A model generated the notes under the pieces. That model searched no databases. It was not told the DNA's origin and saw nothing but the letters and a program-made list of their open reading frames with translations. Shown here piece after piece: positions 26,009 through 37,704 of a DNA stretch of 64,000 bases. Position 1 is the stretch's first letter. Every line of letters begins with the position of its first letter. The translations under genes and the position numbers were made by a program. Source of the DNA: a virus; IMG/VR virus record IMGVR_UViG_3300018080_000004; one strand, given 5' to 3'.

Positions 26009-27466
26009 ATGATTCGAGGCGCAAAGTCGGGCTACTCGACCGGCTCCTTGAACGAGAAGTTCGTGGCGAAGCACCGCGCCATCGTGGAACGCTTCAAGAA
26101 CTTCACGCTCCCGGAGATCGGGCTGAACGAGAGCCAGAACCCCTTCGAGGCCATGGCCGCCAAGGCGGGCAAGGCCAACGTCGAGGACCTCAACCCCTTC
26201 GCCATGACGAAGGCGGCGATCCTCATGCAGAACTTCGTGAACGAGTCGGTGAAGCACCTGGACGAGACGAGCCGGGCCAACCTCCCCACGTGGATCAAGA
26301 ACGGCCTCGCCCTCATCTCCGTCACCTTCGCCGAGGACATCGTGGACCAGCTCATCTCGGTCCAGCCGATGGCGAACAGGAAGGGCCTCGTGCACTACCT
26401 GGACATCATCACCGAGGCGAGCAAGGGCAACATCGCGGCGGGCACGCGGCTCTTCAACGCCCTCCAGGGCTTCCGGGGAACGGAGAACTACTCCTCGGAG
26501 AAGGTCGTGGGCGAGCCCATCGGCGCGGCGGGGGCCACGGACTACAACCCGACCCTCGGCTACCGCCCGATCATCCCCGGCACCTTCGTGATGACGGACG
26601 GGGCGCTCATCATCCGCGACGACCGCAACGGCAACCTCATCGGCGACATCGGCGGCGGCGGCCCGGCCAACACCATCAACTACGTGTCGGGCGTGGTGGA
26701 CGCTCGGTTTTCGGCCATCACCACGGGGCCGGTGGTCGCAAACTACGAGTACAACATCGAAGCGGCCCTGCTCCTTCCGGAGTACGGGATCGTGCTGCGC
26801 CAGGAGTCTCTCGAAGCACGGCCGAGGGCCCTGGGGGCCACCTGGAGCCAGCAAGCGGTGTTCGACTTCCTCAACGATTTCGGCATCGACGCCGAACCCA
26901 CCATCATCGACGCGGGCGCCCGCATCATCCAGATGGAGACGTGCAAGCACGTCATCAACTTCCTGACCAACGTGGCGGCCGGGGGCAGCGTGGTCTTCGA
27001 CAACGCTCCTCCCGCGACGGCGGTGCCCTACACCCTGCACATCAAGACGTTCTCCTTCTACGTGAGCCGCCTCCAGAACCTCATCTGGGAGAAGACCCAG
27101 ACGGTGCGGCCGAACGTCCTGGTGATCTCGCCCGACATCTGGTTCATCGTCGCGGCGCAGGACGGGTTCGAGGGCGTCACCCCGGTGGCGAACGACGGGA
27201 TCGCCGGTCCTCGCAAGATCGGCACCCTCACGCGCCACGGGATCGAAGTCTTCGCGGACCCGACCTACTCCCAGGAAAGCGGGGTGCTCACCTACAGGGG
27301 GCCGGAGTTCGTCTCCACGGCGGCCGTGATGGGGATGTATATCCCCCTCTACAAGAGCCCGGTCCACGTGCGCGGGTTCCGCAAGGACGTGGCGCTGCTC
27401 TCCGAGTACGCGCTGCACGTCGTGGACTCGCAGCAGATCGGCCTGCTCTCGGTCATCAATCTCTGA
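26009..27466 (+). CDS. Major capsid protein (T4 gp23-like)
   Basis: Follows the protease. Propeptide ends NESVKHLDE|TS, then DQLISVQPM, LEARPRALGATWS (the R.L.A.W motif) and a typical C-terminus. AAGGAG SD. Confidence 0.92.
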   Translation: MIRGAKSGYSTGSLNEKFVAKHRAIVERFKNFTLPEIGLNESQNPFEAMAAKAGKANVEDLNPFAMTKAAILMQNFVNESVKHLDETSRANLPTWIKNGLALISVTFAEDIVDQLISVQPMANRKGLVHYLDIITEASKGNIAAGTRLFNALQGFRGTENYSSEKVVGEPIGAAGATDYNPTLGYRPIIPGTFVMTDGALIIRDDRNGNLIGDIGGGGPANTINYVSGVVDARFSAITTGPVVANYEYNIEAALLLPEYGIVLRQESLEARPRALGATWSQQAVFDFLNDFGIDAEPTIIDAGARIIQMETCKHVINFLTNVAAGGSVVFDNAPPATAVPYTLHIKTFSFYVSRLQNLIWEKTQTVRPNVLVISPDIWFIVAAQDGFEGVTPVANDGIAGPRKIGTLTRHGIEVFADPTYSQESGVLTYRGPEFVSTAAVMGMYIPLYKSPVHVRGFRKDVALLSEYALHVVDSQQIGLLSVINL

Positions 27467-27507
27467 TTCCTGAACCGAGCGCGGCGTAGGGTCTGGGGGC
27501 CCGATTC

Positions 27508-27708
27508 ATGGCGAAGAAAAAGAAGGTCAAGAAAAAGGCCGTCCCCAAGCGAAAGCCTGGGCGCAAGAAGAAGGTCCCCAAGAAGAAGACCCAGCAAGGC
27601 GGCAAGGGGCGGAAGTTCGCCAAGGCGAAGTCGCTCCCCGGTCGCAAGAAAGCCAAGCGCAAAGAACGGGAAGAGAAAGAGAAGCCGAAGTACGGCGAAG
27701 GCGAGTAA
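27508..27708 (+). CDS. Small Lys/Arg-rich basic protein
   Basis: 66 aa, MAKKKKVKKKAVPKRKPGRKKK..., located between the capsid gene and a terminator. Confidence 0.65.
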   Translation: MAKKKKVKKKAVPKRKPGRKKKVPKKKTQQGGKGRKFAKAKSLPGRKKAKRKEREEKEKPKYGEGE

Positions 27709-27755
27709 CGGGAAGGGAGAGGTCCATTTCGGGCCTCTCCCTCTCCCCGTTTTTT
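27708..27755 (+). terminator. Rho-independent terminator
   Basis: ACGGGAAGGGAGAGGTCC-ATTTC-GGGCCTCTCCCTCTCCCCG followed by T6. Confidence 0.85.
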
Positions 27756-27769
27756 CCATGCTATGAGCG

Positions 27770-28879
27770 GTGGGCGTGCTGACAGCGGAAACCAAGGCGC
27801 AGAAGTGCCACGTCGCTTTCAAGGGAGACGTGTGGTGCCCCTTTCCCCTCAAGGTTGACACCTATCAGGGGTGCGGCCATGAGTGCCTCTACTGCTCCGC
27901 CCGCCTCCAGCGCAGAACAGCCTACCAGCGCACCTTCCACGTGCCCAGGTCCATCGAGAGCCTCAAGCGACAGATGGCCGGGAGAACCGAGTCCACGGCC
28001 TGGAAGCTCGCCCTGGAGGGCCTGACCATTCAATGGGGCTACGCGGCCGACCCCTTCCCTCCCATCGAGATCGAGCATAAGACCTCCCTCGACGCCCTCC
28101 GGCTCTTCGCCCATGTGGGCCTTTCCATCTCCATCTGCACGAAGTCCACCATCCCAGGGCAGAAGCCCTACCTCCAGGAGCTCAAGCGGCTGGGGAACAA
28201 GGTTCTCTTCCGCATGTCCCTGTCCACTCTGGACGACGAAACGGCGGCAATCCTCGAACCGAACGCCCCGCCACCGTCCGAGCGCCTCGCCCTCCTCCGG
28301 CGACTCAAGGACGCGGGCCTCCACACCCTCGTCCGGCTCTCGCCCACGATCCCAGGCGTTACGTTTGAGCGCGTAACACCGGAGGAGATCGGCAAGACGC
28401 TCCGACGGCTGCGGGAAGCATGCGACTACGTGAACTTCCACCCCCTCCAGGTGGACTTCCGGTCCGAGGACACGGCCTGGAAACCCATGTTCGAGGCCCT
28501 CGGCCTGTCCTATTCGAGCTGGAAGAAGCTCTACTTGGACCGAGCGAGGGGGCGGGAGAGTCATTTCCTCACCCCGGCGGACCACTGGCGCACAGCCCTC
28601 ATACGAAACGCCCGGCAGGCGGCCGACGAGGAGGGGGTCAAAGTGGGATTCGACTCCGGGCCGGGGACCATGGGGGCTTTTCTATCGGACGGTCCCACGT
28701 GCTGCGGGGGCTGGGACGGCATCCGGCACAATCCGGACGCCATCATCCCCATGGTGCGCGACGGCCGAGTGAACTCCATGGAGTTCAAGCGGGACTTTTC
28801 TCTTCCTCCGAAGCACTTGGGGGAGGTTAGGGCGGCTATTTACAAGCTCTTCGGCAAGGCGCGGAGGGCGCGGACATGA
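27770..28879 (+). CDS. Radical SAM protein (SplB/Rv2578c-like)
   Basis: VDTYQGCGHECLYCSAR (CxxxCxxC), ADPFPPIE, SICTKS, LEPNAPPPSERL. Confidence 0.88.
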   Translation: MGVLTAETKAQKCHVAFKGDVWCPFPLKVDTYQGCGHECLYCSARLQRRTAYQRTFHVPRSIESLKRQMAGRTESTAWKLALEGLTIQWGYAADPFPPIEIEHKTSLDALRLFAHVGLSISICTKSTIPGQKPYLQELKRLGNKVLFRMSLSTLDDETAAILEPNAPPPSERLALLRRLKDAGLHTLVRLSPTIPGVTFERVTPEEIGKTLRRLREACDYVNFHPLQVDFRSEDTAWKPMFEALGLSYSSWKKLYLDRARGRESHFLTPADHWRTALIRNARQAADEEGVKVGFDSGPGTMGAFLSDGPTCCGGWDGIRHNPDAIIPMVRDGRVNSMEFKRDFSLPPKHLGEVRAAIYKLFGKARRART

Positions 28880-29769
28880 AAATCTGGCACGAAAAGATCG
28901 ACCCGGCGCTCATCGAGGCGCATCCGGACAACGCGAACGAGCAGACGGAGCACGTTTTCAACACTTTGACAGCGAATATCCGGAAGCGCGGGATGCTCAG
29001 CACCCCCCTCGTGCGCGTGGCGGAGTGGTCAGGGAAAGGGAAGAGCCGGAAAGCGGCCCGCTATCAGTGTATCGACGGGCACCACAGGATCGAGGCGTAC
29101 AAAGCGGCCGGAAAAACGGAGCCCATCCTGTGCATCGTGGCGGACATGACCGATCTCGAAGCGGCCGAGCACCTAATGTCCATGAACTCCCTCACCGGCG
29201 AGCCCAACACCCGGAAGCTGGGAGCCCTCATCGACAAGATGCTCGACGAGCTGGGGGCTTCGGCGGTCGAAATCTCACAGCACACGGGCTACTCCCCGGC
29301 CGAGATAGACTCTTTTCTGGAGCAGGCGGCCGAGGAGGCGGACGTGTTCATGGGGCTCGAAGTGGGCGGAGGCCCGGCCCCGGCCGAGGGGGAGGGGGAG
29401 GAAGAAGTCGAGCAGTGGGTCTTCTACGTCGAGGAGAACCAGGGGCAGGTGATCCACCGAGCCCTGGAGCAGGCCAAGAAGCTGAACAAAACGGAGAGCG
29501 AGAACCCGGAGGCGGACGCCCTGGAGTTCGTGTGCTCCTTCTTCCTCTCGAAGAAGAGCAAGCACCTGGAGGACGGCGTGCTCCTCACGGTCCCGCTGCC
29601 CGTGAAAAAGCAGTTCCTCGACCTGTGGGAGCGGTTCCGGGCCGCGAACCCAGGGAAGGACATGGAAGACTTCATGTTTGCCCTCATGGGCCCGCTGGAG
29701 GACAATCTCCCTGCCATCGCGGTCGGTGGCAAGGTTGGAAGGGTCGAAAAATCAAAGGCCCTGGGCTAA
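28876..29769 (+). CDS. ParB N-terminal-domain protein
   Basis: IEAHPDNAN...IRKRG...YQCIDGHHRIEA. ATGA overlap with the radical SAM gene. Confidence 0.82.
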   Translation: MKIWHEKIDPALIEAHPDNANEQTEHVFNTLTANIRKRGMLSTPLVRVAEWSGKGKSRKAARYQCIDGHHRIEAYKAAGKTEPILCIVADMTDLEAAEHLMSMNSLTGEPNTRKLGALIDKMLDELGASAVEISQHTGYSPAEIDSFLEQAAEEADVFMGLEVGGGPAPAEGEGEEEVEQWVFYVEENQGQVIHRALEQAKKLNKTESENPEADALEFVCSFFLSKKSKHLEDGVLLTVPLPVKKQFLDLWERFRAANPGKDMEDFMFALMGPLEDNLPAIAVGGKVGRVEKSKALG

Positions 29770-29772
29770 AAT
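29744..29772 (+). promoter_or_regulatory. Sigma70-like promoter
   Basis: TCGAAA-17 bp-TAAAAT at a gene boundary, upstream of AGGAGAG and ATG 29815. Confidence 0.55.
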
Positions 29773-29814
29773 AGGTGGGGCTTCGGACAGTAACGCTTTT
29801 AGGAGAGAAGAACC

Positions 29815-30303
29815 ATGGCAAAGGACCCGTACGGAAGAACCAGGGAAACCCGCGCAGCGTGGGAGGCCATCAAGCCGAAGGACCGGGTGAAGATGGAGAT
29901 GGAGGAAGTCGCCAAGATCAGGGGGCTCGACCTCGACGTATTCATCAATGCCGGGACCTCCTCGATCATCCTCCCCGCCGTCGGCGAGGGGGGCGGCCAC
30001 GGCTCCAGGCTGGAACCGGGCGACTTCGTGAAGGGGGACTACTACGAGAAGTGCCTCCGGCACGCCAGGGGTCTCCAGCGCATCTGCAACGTGGACGACG
30101 AGCGCCTCGACACCCTCGCCAAGCAGAAGCGCATCCGGGACGGCGAGGAGTACCCGGACTGGGTGAAGGAAGCCAAGTCCAAGCTCGGCACGAAGCCGGG
30201 AACGACCGGCCAGTCCACGGACCAGTTCATGGACGAGGACCCGGCCGACCGGCTCATGCGGGCCGCCGCCGAGGCACGCCCGCACGCGGCCGACGAGAAG
30301 TGA
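29815..30303 (+). CDS. Hypothetical protein
   Basis: Good SD and codon bias, 162 aa. Confidence 0.7.
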   Translation: MAKDPYGRTRETRAAWEAIKPKDRVKMEMEEVAKIRGLDLDVFINAGTSSIILPAVGEGGGHGSRLEPGDFVKGDYYEKCLRHARGLQRICNVDDERLDTLAKQKRIRDGEEYPDWVKEAKSKLGTKPGTTGQSTDQFMDEDPADRLMRAAAEARPHAADEK

Positions 30304-30340
30304 ACGACGGCGGCCACCGGTCGCCCGGAAGGAGGAAAGC

Positions 30341-30799
30341 ATGGCAAAGCACGAGTACGTGGTGGTGTCCAAGGGGGCGCTAATCCTCCCCACCGAGAAC
30401 GGGGGGACGAAGCGGCTCTCGCCCGGCCAGATCGTGGTCGGACCCCACTTCGCCAAGTTCGTGGGCAAGGGCCTCCGGCCGCACGTGCAGGCGGTTCCCA
30501 AGCCCACCCCGGCACAGATGCCCCCGCCCTTCCAGAAAGCGGGGACCGTCCAGGCCGAGGAGGCGCCGAAGGGCAAGGAGGTGGCGCGGTCGAAGCCTGC
30601 CGAGGAGCCCAAGGCCACCGAACCCCCGGCCGAGGCGCCGGAGGAAACGGCCGAAGTGGACACCCTCCCGTCGAACAAGTCCGAGCTGGAAAAGATGCTC
30701 AAGGAAGACGTGGTGGCGCTCGCCGCCGAGCTCGGCCTGGACACGGAAGGGAACAAGGCCGACGTGGTGAAGCGCGTCGCCAAGGAGCTCGGTCTCTGA
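30341..30799 (+). CDS. Protein with a C-terminal SAP/HeH (Rho-N-like) nucleic-acid-binding domain
   Basis: Pro/Ala/Glu linker, then MLKEDVVALAAELGLDTEGNKADVVKRV. Confidence 0.75.
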   Translation: MAKHEYVVVSKGALILPTENGGTKRLSPGQIVVGPHFAKFVGKGLRPHVQAVPKPTPAQMPPPFQKAGTVQAEEAPKGKEVARSKPAEEPKATEPPAEAPEETAEVDTLPSNKSELEKMLKEDVVALAAELGLDTEGNKADVVKRVAKELGL

Positions 30800-30800
30800 G

Positions 30801-31508
30801 ATGGGCATCCCACTCGTAGACATGCGCCGTCATATCCTGGACTCCCTCGGCGACGAGGGGGTGGACGTGGAGCTGTCTGAGCGGCAGCTCGACACGTGTA
30901 TCCGGAAGGCGCTCCAGCTCTGGACGAAGTACCAGCCGGTCTGTCGCTGGGTGAACCTCGGCGAGATCGGCCCGGCCCTGACCACCACGTACACGCCTAC
31001 AGAGGATGAAGTCGGGATCGCCGGGGTCGTGGACGTGAAGTTCATGGACATCGACCCCCAGACCCGACCCTACATCACCCCCTCCACCTACGAGCTACGG
31101 TGGGGGATGAGGGGGCCTCGCCTGTTCTTCGAGCTTCATATTGCCGAGAGGCGCATGGAGCGGTTTACGGGCGAGGCCCCCGACTGGTACTGGGAGCCGG
31201 AGGCGGGGGTCCTCTACATCTACAACCCGATCCGGCCGGTCAAGGTCATGGCGCTCTTCCTCAAGAAGGTAACGCTGGACGATGTGAAGGAGTGGCAGCG
31301 AGACGAGTTCGAGACCGCTTGTGTGGCGGAGGCGAAGTATCTTTTGGCAAGAATCCTGGGGAAGTTCGGTTCCATCCCTGGGGCGGACGGAGAGATTCAG
31401 ACCGACGCCGACCGGCTCCGGGACGAGGCGAAGGAGGACCGAGAGGCCGTGCGCCGGAGGCTGGAGCGGTCGCTCAGGTCCGTGCCGCCGCCGCGCTGGG
31501 TCGGATAA
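30801..31508 (+). CDS. Neck/head-completion protein (T4 gp13-like)
   Basis: LG...VDVELSERQLDTCIRKALQLW N-terminus, and AKYLLARILGKF...G.I..DA..L.DEA C-terminus. Confidence 0.8.
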   Translation: MGIPLVDMRRHILDSLGDEGVDVELSERQLDTCIRKALQLWTKYQPVCRWVNLGEIGPALTTTYTPTEDEVGIAGVVDVKFMDIDPQTRPYITPSTYELRWGMRGPRLFFELHIAERRMERFTGEAPDWYWEPEAGVLYIYNPIRPVKVMALFLKKVTLDDVKEWQRDEFETACVAEAKYLLARILGKFGSIPGADGEIQTDADRLRDEAKEDREAVRRRLERSLRSVPPPRWVG

Positions 31509-31532
31509 TCGGTTTGAGCACCATGACGGTCG

Positions 31533-32090
31533 ATGAGCTTTCCAGTTTACTATCCCGTCCAAGAAGGAGACTTCCGACGGGGGATCAAGCCCCCGCAGGT
31601 GGGCGGACACTCGTTCCCGTGTAGCGCGACCAACGCCTTCTACGGGATCGAACCTTTTGACACGATCAAGGAAGCTTTTGAGAAACTCTTTCCTGGGGGC
31701 GGCCCAGGAACCGACGACGTTGAGTACGTCTTCACAAGTAGAACCAAGACACCTGCCAGTGGAGTCCTATACCTCGAAATAGGCGAAGTGAACTGCCGGG
31801 TGGCCGGTGTCACGGCAATCACGAACACCCTTTTGACGGGAGTTTCGGTCCGGGTGGACGTGGCGGACGGCACGAGAGACTTCGACATCGAGGTAGTAAC
31901 GGACCCAAGTACAGCCCCGGCGCCGATAGGAACTCTCGCCCTCCCCAAGACCACCCTGTCCGCCCAGAGAAACGACCTCACCACTTGGATCGCCCTGGGG
32001 ACCGAGTGGGGGGTTAGAATAGTCTTGAAGTCGGGAGTGGGGCGCTCCGACTTTTCCAATATCGTAGTGGCCGTAAGACTGAGGAACTGA
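31533..32090 (+). CDS. Virion protein sharing its C-terminal beta domain with the collagen fibre
   Basis: GVSVRVDVADGTRDFDIEVV...GRSDFS versus [20 protein letters not shown]...GRSDFS in 32094-33851. Confidence 0.75.
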   Translation: MSFPVYYPVQEGDFRRGIKPPQVGGHSFPCSATNAFYGIEPFDTIKEAFEKLFPGGGPGTDDVEYVFTSRTKTPASGVLYLEIGEVNCRVAGVTAITNTLLTGVSVRVDVADGTRDFDIEVVTDPSTAPAPIGTLALPKTTLSAQRNDLTTWIALGTEWGVRIVLKSGVGRSDFSNIVVAVRLRN

Positions 32091-33851
<1,761 letters not shown>

Positions 33852-33854
33852 TAG

Positions 33855-34730
33855 GTGGCAATCGTTCTCGTAGTGAAGAACGAGGGGGCGCAGAGCGTCC
33901 TCATCGAGGACCTTGGAATCGCCATCGCAGGGGAGTCCGAGGAGACGGCGAACGACCTCCGGGACATCCGCGAGTGGCTCATGTCCGAGGACCTCCGACA
34001 GCTCGCCCTATCGAGCACCCTCAAATTGAACGACGGAGAGAACGACATCCCCGTTGACGAGGTGGACGATTTTATTCAGTACCACAATACGGGAGCGGAT
34101 CAGGCGTGTGAGCTGTGCGTGGACACGGATGCGTTCAGCGGCCATCTCGCGGGGTGCACCGGAAACGTCCAGTGTGCCTTCCAGAAGATCGACCAGCTCC
34201 GGATGGAGACGGGGCCGACCGGGGCTCCCGGCCCTTCGGGGCCGACCGGACCGGCGGGGGTCGGGGACACCGGCCCGACAGGACCGTCCGGGCCTTCGGG
34301 ACCGGCGGGGGATACCGGGCCTTCGGGCCCGACTGGACCCACGGGACCCGGCGGGGGCAGTGGTTCTCTCGATTCGGACGACACCGGCACAGGCGGCTAC
34401 GCTCTTCACACGACCTCCCAGACTCCAGTCCTCACGGACTTGGTGTACTCCAATCCGGAAGCTGGAACCTACCTCGTGTGGTTTTCGGCGCGGATGGCCG
34501 TGGGAGGGAACGACGGCACCGTGTACGCCGCCATCTACAAGGGGGGAACGAGAATCGACAAGACCCAGCGACAGACGAACTTCTACCGGGCGTCCGAGCG
34601 CGGGGTGCTCGCCGCCCAGACAAAGGTGACGCTGAGCGGGAGTGAAGACCTCGACGTGCGGTGGTGGACGACGCCAGGGGGATCGGCCACGATGGCCGAG
34701 CGCACCTTCACGATACTAAAGGTGGGATAG
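33855..34730 (+). CDS. Short collagen-like virion protein, N-terminal paralog of 32094
   Basis: N-terminus LVVKN...DLGIA...[20 protein letters not shown] is shared with 32094. GPT/GPS tract at about 34210-34360. Confidence 0.85.
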   Translation: MAIVLVVKNEGAQSVLIEDLGIAIAGESEETANDLRDIREWLMSEDLRQLALSSTLKLNDGENDIPVDEVDDFIQYHNTGADQACELCVDTDAFSGHLAGCTGNVQCAFQKIDQLRMETGPTGAPGPSGPTGPAGVGDTGPTGPSGPSGPAGDTGPSGPTGPTGPGGGSGSLDSDDTGTGGYALHTTSQTPVLTDLVYSNPEAGTYLVWFSARMAVGGNDGTVYAAIYKGGTRIDKTQRQTNFYRASERGVLAAQTKVTLSGSEDLDVRWWTTPGGSATMAERTFTILKVG

Positions 34731-34731
34731 C

Positions 34732-35595
34732 ATGGCCCTCACGAAATACGACTACAGCGTATCGCAGGACTTCACGGGACTCGTCCCACCGTACACGGAG
34801 CCCAACCTCCGGCGGTTGACGCTGGACATCCAGACGAGCGACATCAAGACCGCCCTGGATCACATAGACCTCGCCGGGGACGTGTGCGCCATCTGGTTCA
34901 AGGCCACCCTCGACCAGGACGACGAAGACACCCTCGACGGCGTGGTGGCGGCGCACACGGGTCTCCCCCTGGGTGACTCCCCCATGCCCGTCCGGTCGGT
35001 GGACACCGAGGGCCTCGACCCTGACACCGCGCTGAACTGCACGGAGGGCATCGACATCCAGGTACAGAGCGGCGTGAACCCGACGGTCAAGAACCTCATC
35101 TACCCGTTTCCAATAGACGCGGTGGCGGCCCGCTACGTTTTCGACAATCCGGAGTGGGAGATCGGTGATAAGTTCGACGCTTTCGGCATCGCTGCCGGAG
35201 ACCCCTCCGTGGGCGTCGTCACCGCTCCGGTGGCCCAGGGAGAGACGGTGATTCCCGTCTATCCCACCGTCTTCCAGTACGTCCGGCGCGGTCTCTTCGT
35301 CAAGCTCGGATCAGCCGAGAAGGAGTACCGCGTGGCGTCGGTGGACCTGAGCGGCGGCACAATAACCCTCATGGAAGAGCTGGCAGCTCCCCTCTCAGGC
35401 GGGGAGGAGATCAGGCCCAGGCGGCCGTTCGCCGTGAACATCCGCGTACACAAGGGCGTCCTCTACCCCGTGGGGGACCTCACGTCGGGGTCCTCGATCA
35501 TGGCGGCCGGGGACGCCCTTCGGGTTAGGTACTTCCACAAGACGGAACCGACCACGGGCTACTACATGGGGTGTGATCTCATCACCTACTTCTGA
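34732..35595 (+). CDS. Putative virion structural protein
   Basis: LTLDIQTSDIKTALDHI..GD.CAIWFKATL...LDGVVAAHTGLPL, an N-terminal motif I recall from large-phage structural genes. Confidence 0.7.
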   Translation: MALTKYDYSVSQDFTGLVPPYTEPNLRRLTLDIQTSDIKTALDHIDLAGDVCAIWFKATLDQDDEDTLDGVVAAHTGLPLGDSPMPVRSVDTEGLDPDTALNCTEGIDIQVQSGVNPTVKNLIYPFPIDAVAARYVFDNPEWEIGDKFDAFGIAAGDPSVGVVTAPVAQGETVIPVYPTVFQYVRRGLFVKLGSAEKEYRVASVDLSGGTITLMEELAAPLSGGEEIRPRRPFAVNIRVHKGVLYPVGDLTSGSSIMAAGDALRVRYFHKTEPTTGYYMGCDLITYF

Positions 35596-35606
35596 CAGGT
35601 ATAGAG

Positions 35607-36182
35607 ATGGTGAAGGACCTACGAGGCTGCATCGGTTTCATGCGCTCCACCGGGAGCGGATGCGGGGCCGTCCTTTCGCGGGCCATCCGGATGTTCACGG
35701 CCGGGGAATGGTCTCACGTCTTCGTGGTCCTCGACCGGGCCCCGTTGTCCGACGACTACTACATCATCGAGGCGGGAGAGTTCGGCGTGCGCTTGAGCCT
35801 CCTGAGCGAGTACGTGGGCGAGCCGGGCATCGAGTTCGCCCTCTACAAGCCCAAGGTCGAGGACTCCGCCCTGTACGAGGGCTTCGAGGCGGTCATCAAG
35901 CTCAACGGGCGGTCCTACGGCTACGCCCAGTTCCTCGGCTTCGTCCTCGTCTGGCCCTACTACATGGTGACGGGGAAGCGCCGGAAGAACCCTTTCGGCT
36001 CCGGGATCATCTGCTCCGAGCTGGGGCTCATCTACCTCCAGGCCACCAAGGTCCGGCCGGAGGTGTTCGACGGGATGGACAAGAACCTGACCTCTCCGGA
36101 GGACCTCAATGACGAGATCGACACCGACCGGGATCGCTTCGATCTCGCCCTGACCCACAAGGACGTGCCAGGATCGCTATGA
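35607..36182 (+). CDS. Permuted papain-like NlpC/P60 (YiiX/YebB, peptidase C92-like) enzyme
   Basis: EWSHVFVV (His) precedes IIEA, Y.Y and GIICSEL (Cys). Confidence 0.8.
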   Translation: MVKDLRGCIGFMRSTGSGCGAVLSRAIRMFTAGEWSHVFVVLDRAPLSDDYYIIEAGEFGVRLSLLSEYVGEPGIEFALYKPKVEDSALYEGFEAVIKLNGRSYGYAQFLGFVLVWPYYMVTGKRRKNPFGSGIICSELGLIYLQATKVRPEVFDGMDKNLTSPEDLNDEIDTDRDRFDLALTHKDVPGSL

Positions 36183-37177
36183 CGAATGTAATGCTACACG
36201 TGCACAACGTCCTCATTCTGGGCGGAGTCCCCACCTTCATCTACGACCTCGCGGCGGCCTTTCCCCAGTTCACCCATTTCGCCATGCACGTGAAGGACGT
36301 TTCGGAACGAAGCGCGGCCCAGATGCTCAATGACCAGGGCGTCCGGGTGCTGCACGGACCCCTGACCGAGGCCGTCGTCCGAGAGATCGACCCGGCGATC
36401 CTCGTGCTCCACAATATCAGCGGGAACTCCGTCGAGGGGGAGTCGCCCTGGGCGTGGCTCCGACAGTGGCCTACGATTTACTGGCACCACAGCAAGGTGG
36501 CCCCGGCAGTCAAGGCCGATCTCCATGTCTTCGTTTCACACTACCTCAAGGGCCAATACTCCAACCTCACGGCGGGAGGCTTCATTCAGCGGCACAAGGT
36601 CATCCCTCCCTGCATCCAGACGAGCCGGTTCGCCAAGGTCGAGCGGGCGAAAGATCGGTCCATCGGGAAGCTCGCCACCCCCACCCGGCCGGAGAAGTAT
36701 CCTTACGTGCTCGTAAAGGTGGCGAAAGCCACCGACAGCAAGCTCGTGATGCCTGGGGCAAACAAGTTCTACCAGAGCGACAACGGGCGCCTCGTGTCGC
36801 TCCTGCCCTCGTGGCACAAGGTCCCGTGGTTCCTGTCCCGGATGGGCATCTTCGTCTACGTGAACGCGCCCTCCTTCGGCCCGGAGACGTGGTGCCGGGG
36901 CGTTACCGAGGCCCTGGCGGCCGGGCTCCCGGTGATCGCAGAGGATCGTGGGGGCATCCGGGAGCAAATTACAGACCGCCAGACGGGTTTCCTCGTGGCC
37001 CCCGACGACGAATATCTCATCCGGGCCCGCATCGAGGAGCTCTACGAGAACCCGGACCTCGCCAAGCAGATCGGCGCGGCCGGGCGCAAGTGGGCCCAGG
37101 AGAACGCGGACATCAAGGTCTTGCAGCGGGAGCTGACCGAGGAGCTCCTGAGCATGGTAGTAGGGAGGCCCCTGTAG
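36179..37177 (+). CDS. Glycosyltransferase, GT4/GT-B fold
   Basis: ILGGVPTF N-terminus, LHVFVSHY, VIPPCI, PETWCRGVTEALAAGLPVIAEDRGGIREQITD..TGFLV. Confidence 0.88.
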   Translation: MTNVMLHVHNVLILGGVPTFIYDLAAAFPQFTHFAMHVKDVSERSAAQMLNDQGVRVLHGPLTEAVVREIDPAILVLHNISGNSVEGESPWAWLRQWPTIYWHHSKVAPAVKADLHVFVSHYLKGQYSNLTAGGFIQRHKVIPPCIQTSRFAKVERAKDRSIGKLATPTRPEKYPYVLVKVAKATDSKLVMPGANKFYQSDNGRLVSLLPSWHKVPWFLSRMGIFVYVNAPSFGPETWCRGVTEALAAGLPVIAEDRGGIREQITDRQTGFLVAPDDEYLIRARIEELYENPDLAKQIGAAGRKWAQENADIKVLQRELTEELLSMVVGRPL

Positions 37178-37704
37178 TGCCGATCTCGTACCCGGACGCG
37201 CTGAGCCGCATCGGCTGGAAAATCCTCCAGGTGCGCCCCCGGACCGTCCTCGACATCGGCTGCGGCTGCGGCCTGTTCGGCCTCCTCGCCCGCGAGTACA
37301 CGGACATCGACAAGCGGCGCCTCCATAAGGAAGCCTGGGAGGCCCGGATCGACGCCATCGAGGTATTCCCGGAGTACATCACGAGCGTCCACGACTGGGC
37401 CTACGACCGGGTGTTCATCGGTGATGCTCTGGAGGTCCTCCCAGACCTCGACCCCTACGACCTCGTGATATGCACCGACGTGCTGGAGCACTTTTCTTTT
37501 GCGGACGGTTCAAGGCTTCTCGATATAATCCGGGGAAAGGCGGCCCACGCCGTTATCAGCACCCCCGCGAAGTGGATTCCCCAGAAGGGCGTCTTCGGGA
37601 ACGAGTACGAGACGCATCGGCACCACTGGAAGGGAGAGGAGCTGGCCGCGTGGGGGGTGGTGGCGCAGATCGGGAGCACCCTCGTACTGGAGATGAAACG
37701 ATGA
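37177..37704 (+). CDS. Class I SAM-dependent methyltransferase
   Basis: GTG start overlaps the upstream TAG. VLDIGCGCGLFG, IDAIE, YDLVICTDVLEHF. Confidence 0.85.
   Translation: MPISYPDALSRIGWKILQVRPRTVLDIGCGCGLFGLLAREYTDIDKRRLHKEAWEARIDAIEVFPEYITSVHDWAYDRVFIGDALEVLPDLDPYDLVICTDVLEHFSFADGSRLLDIIRGKAAHAVISTPAKWIPQKGVFGNEYETHRHHWKGEELAAWGVVAQIGSTLVLEMKR

Noticed and set aside
27770-28879. Calling the radical SAM gene a true spore photoproduct lyase
   Set aside because: Only the family-level CxxxCxxC and surrounding motifs are recognisable; the substrate cannot be inferred.
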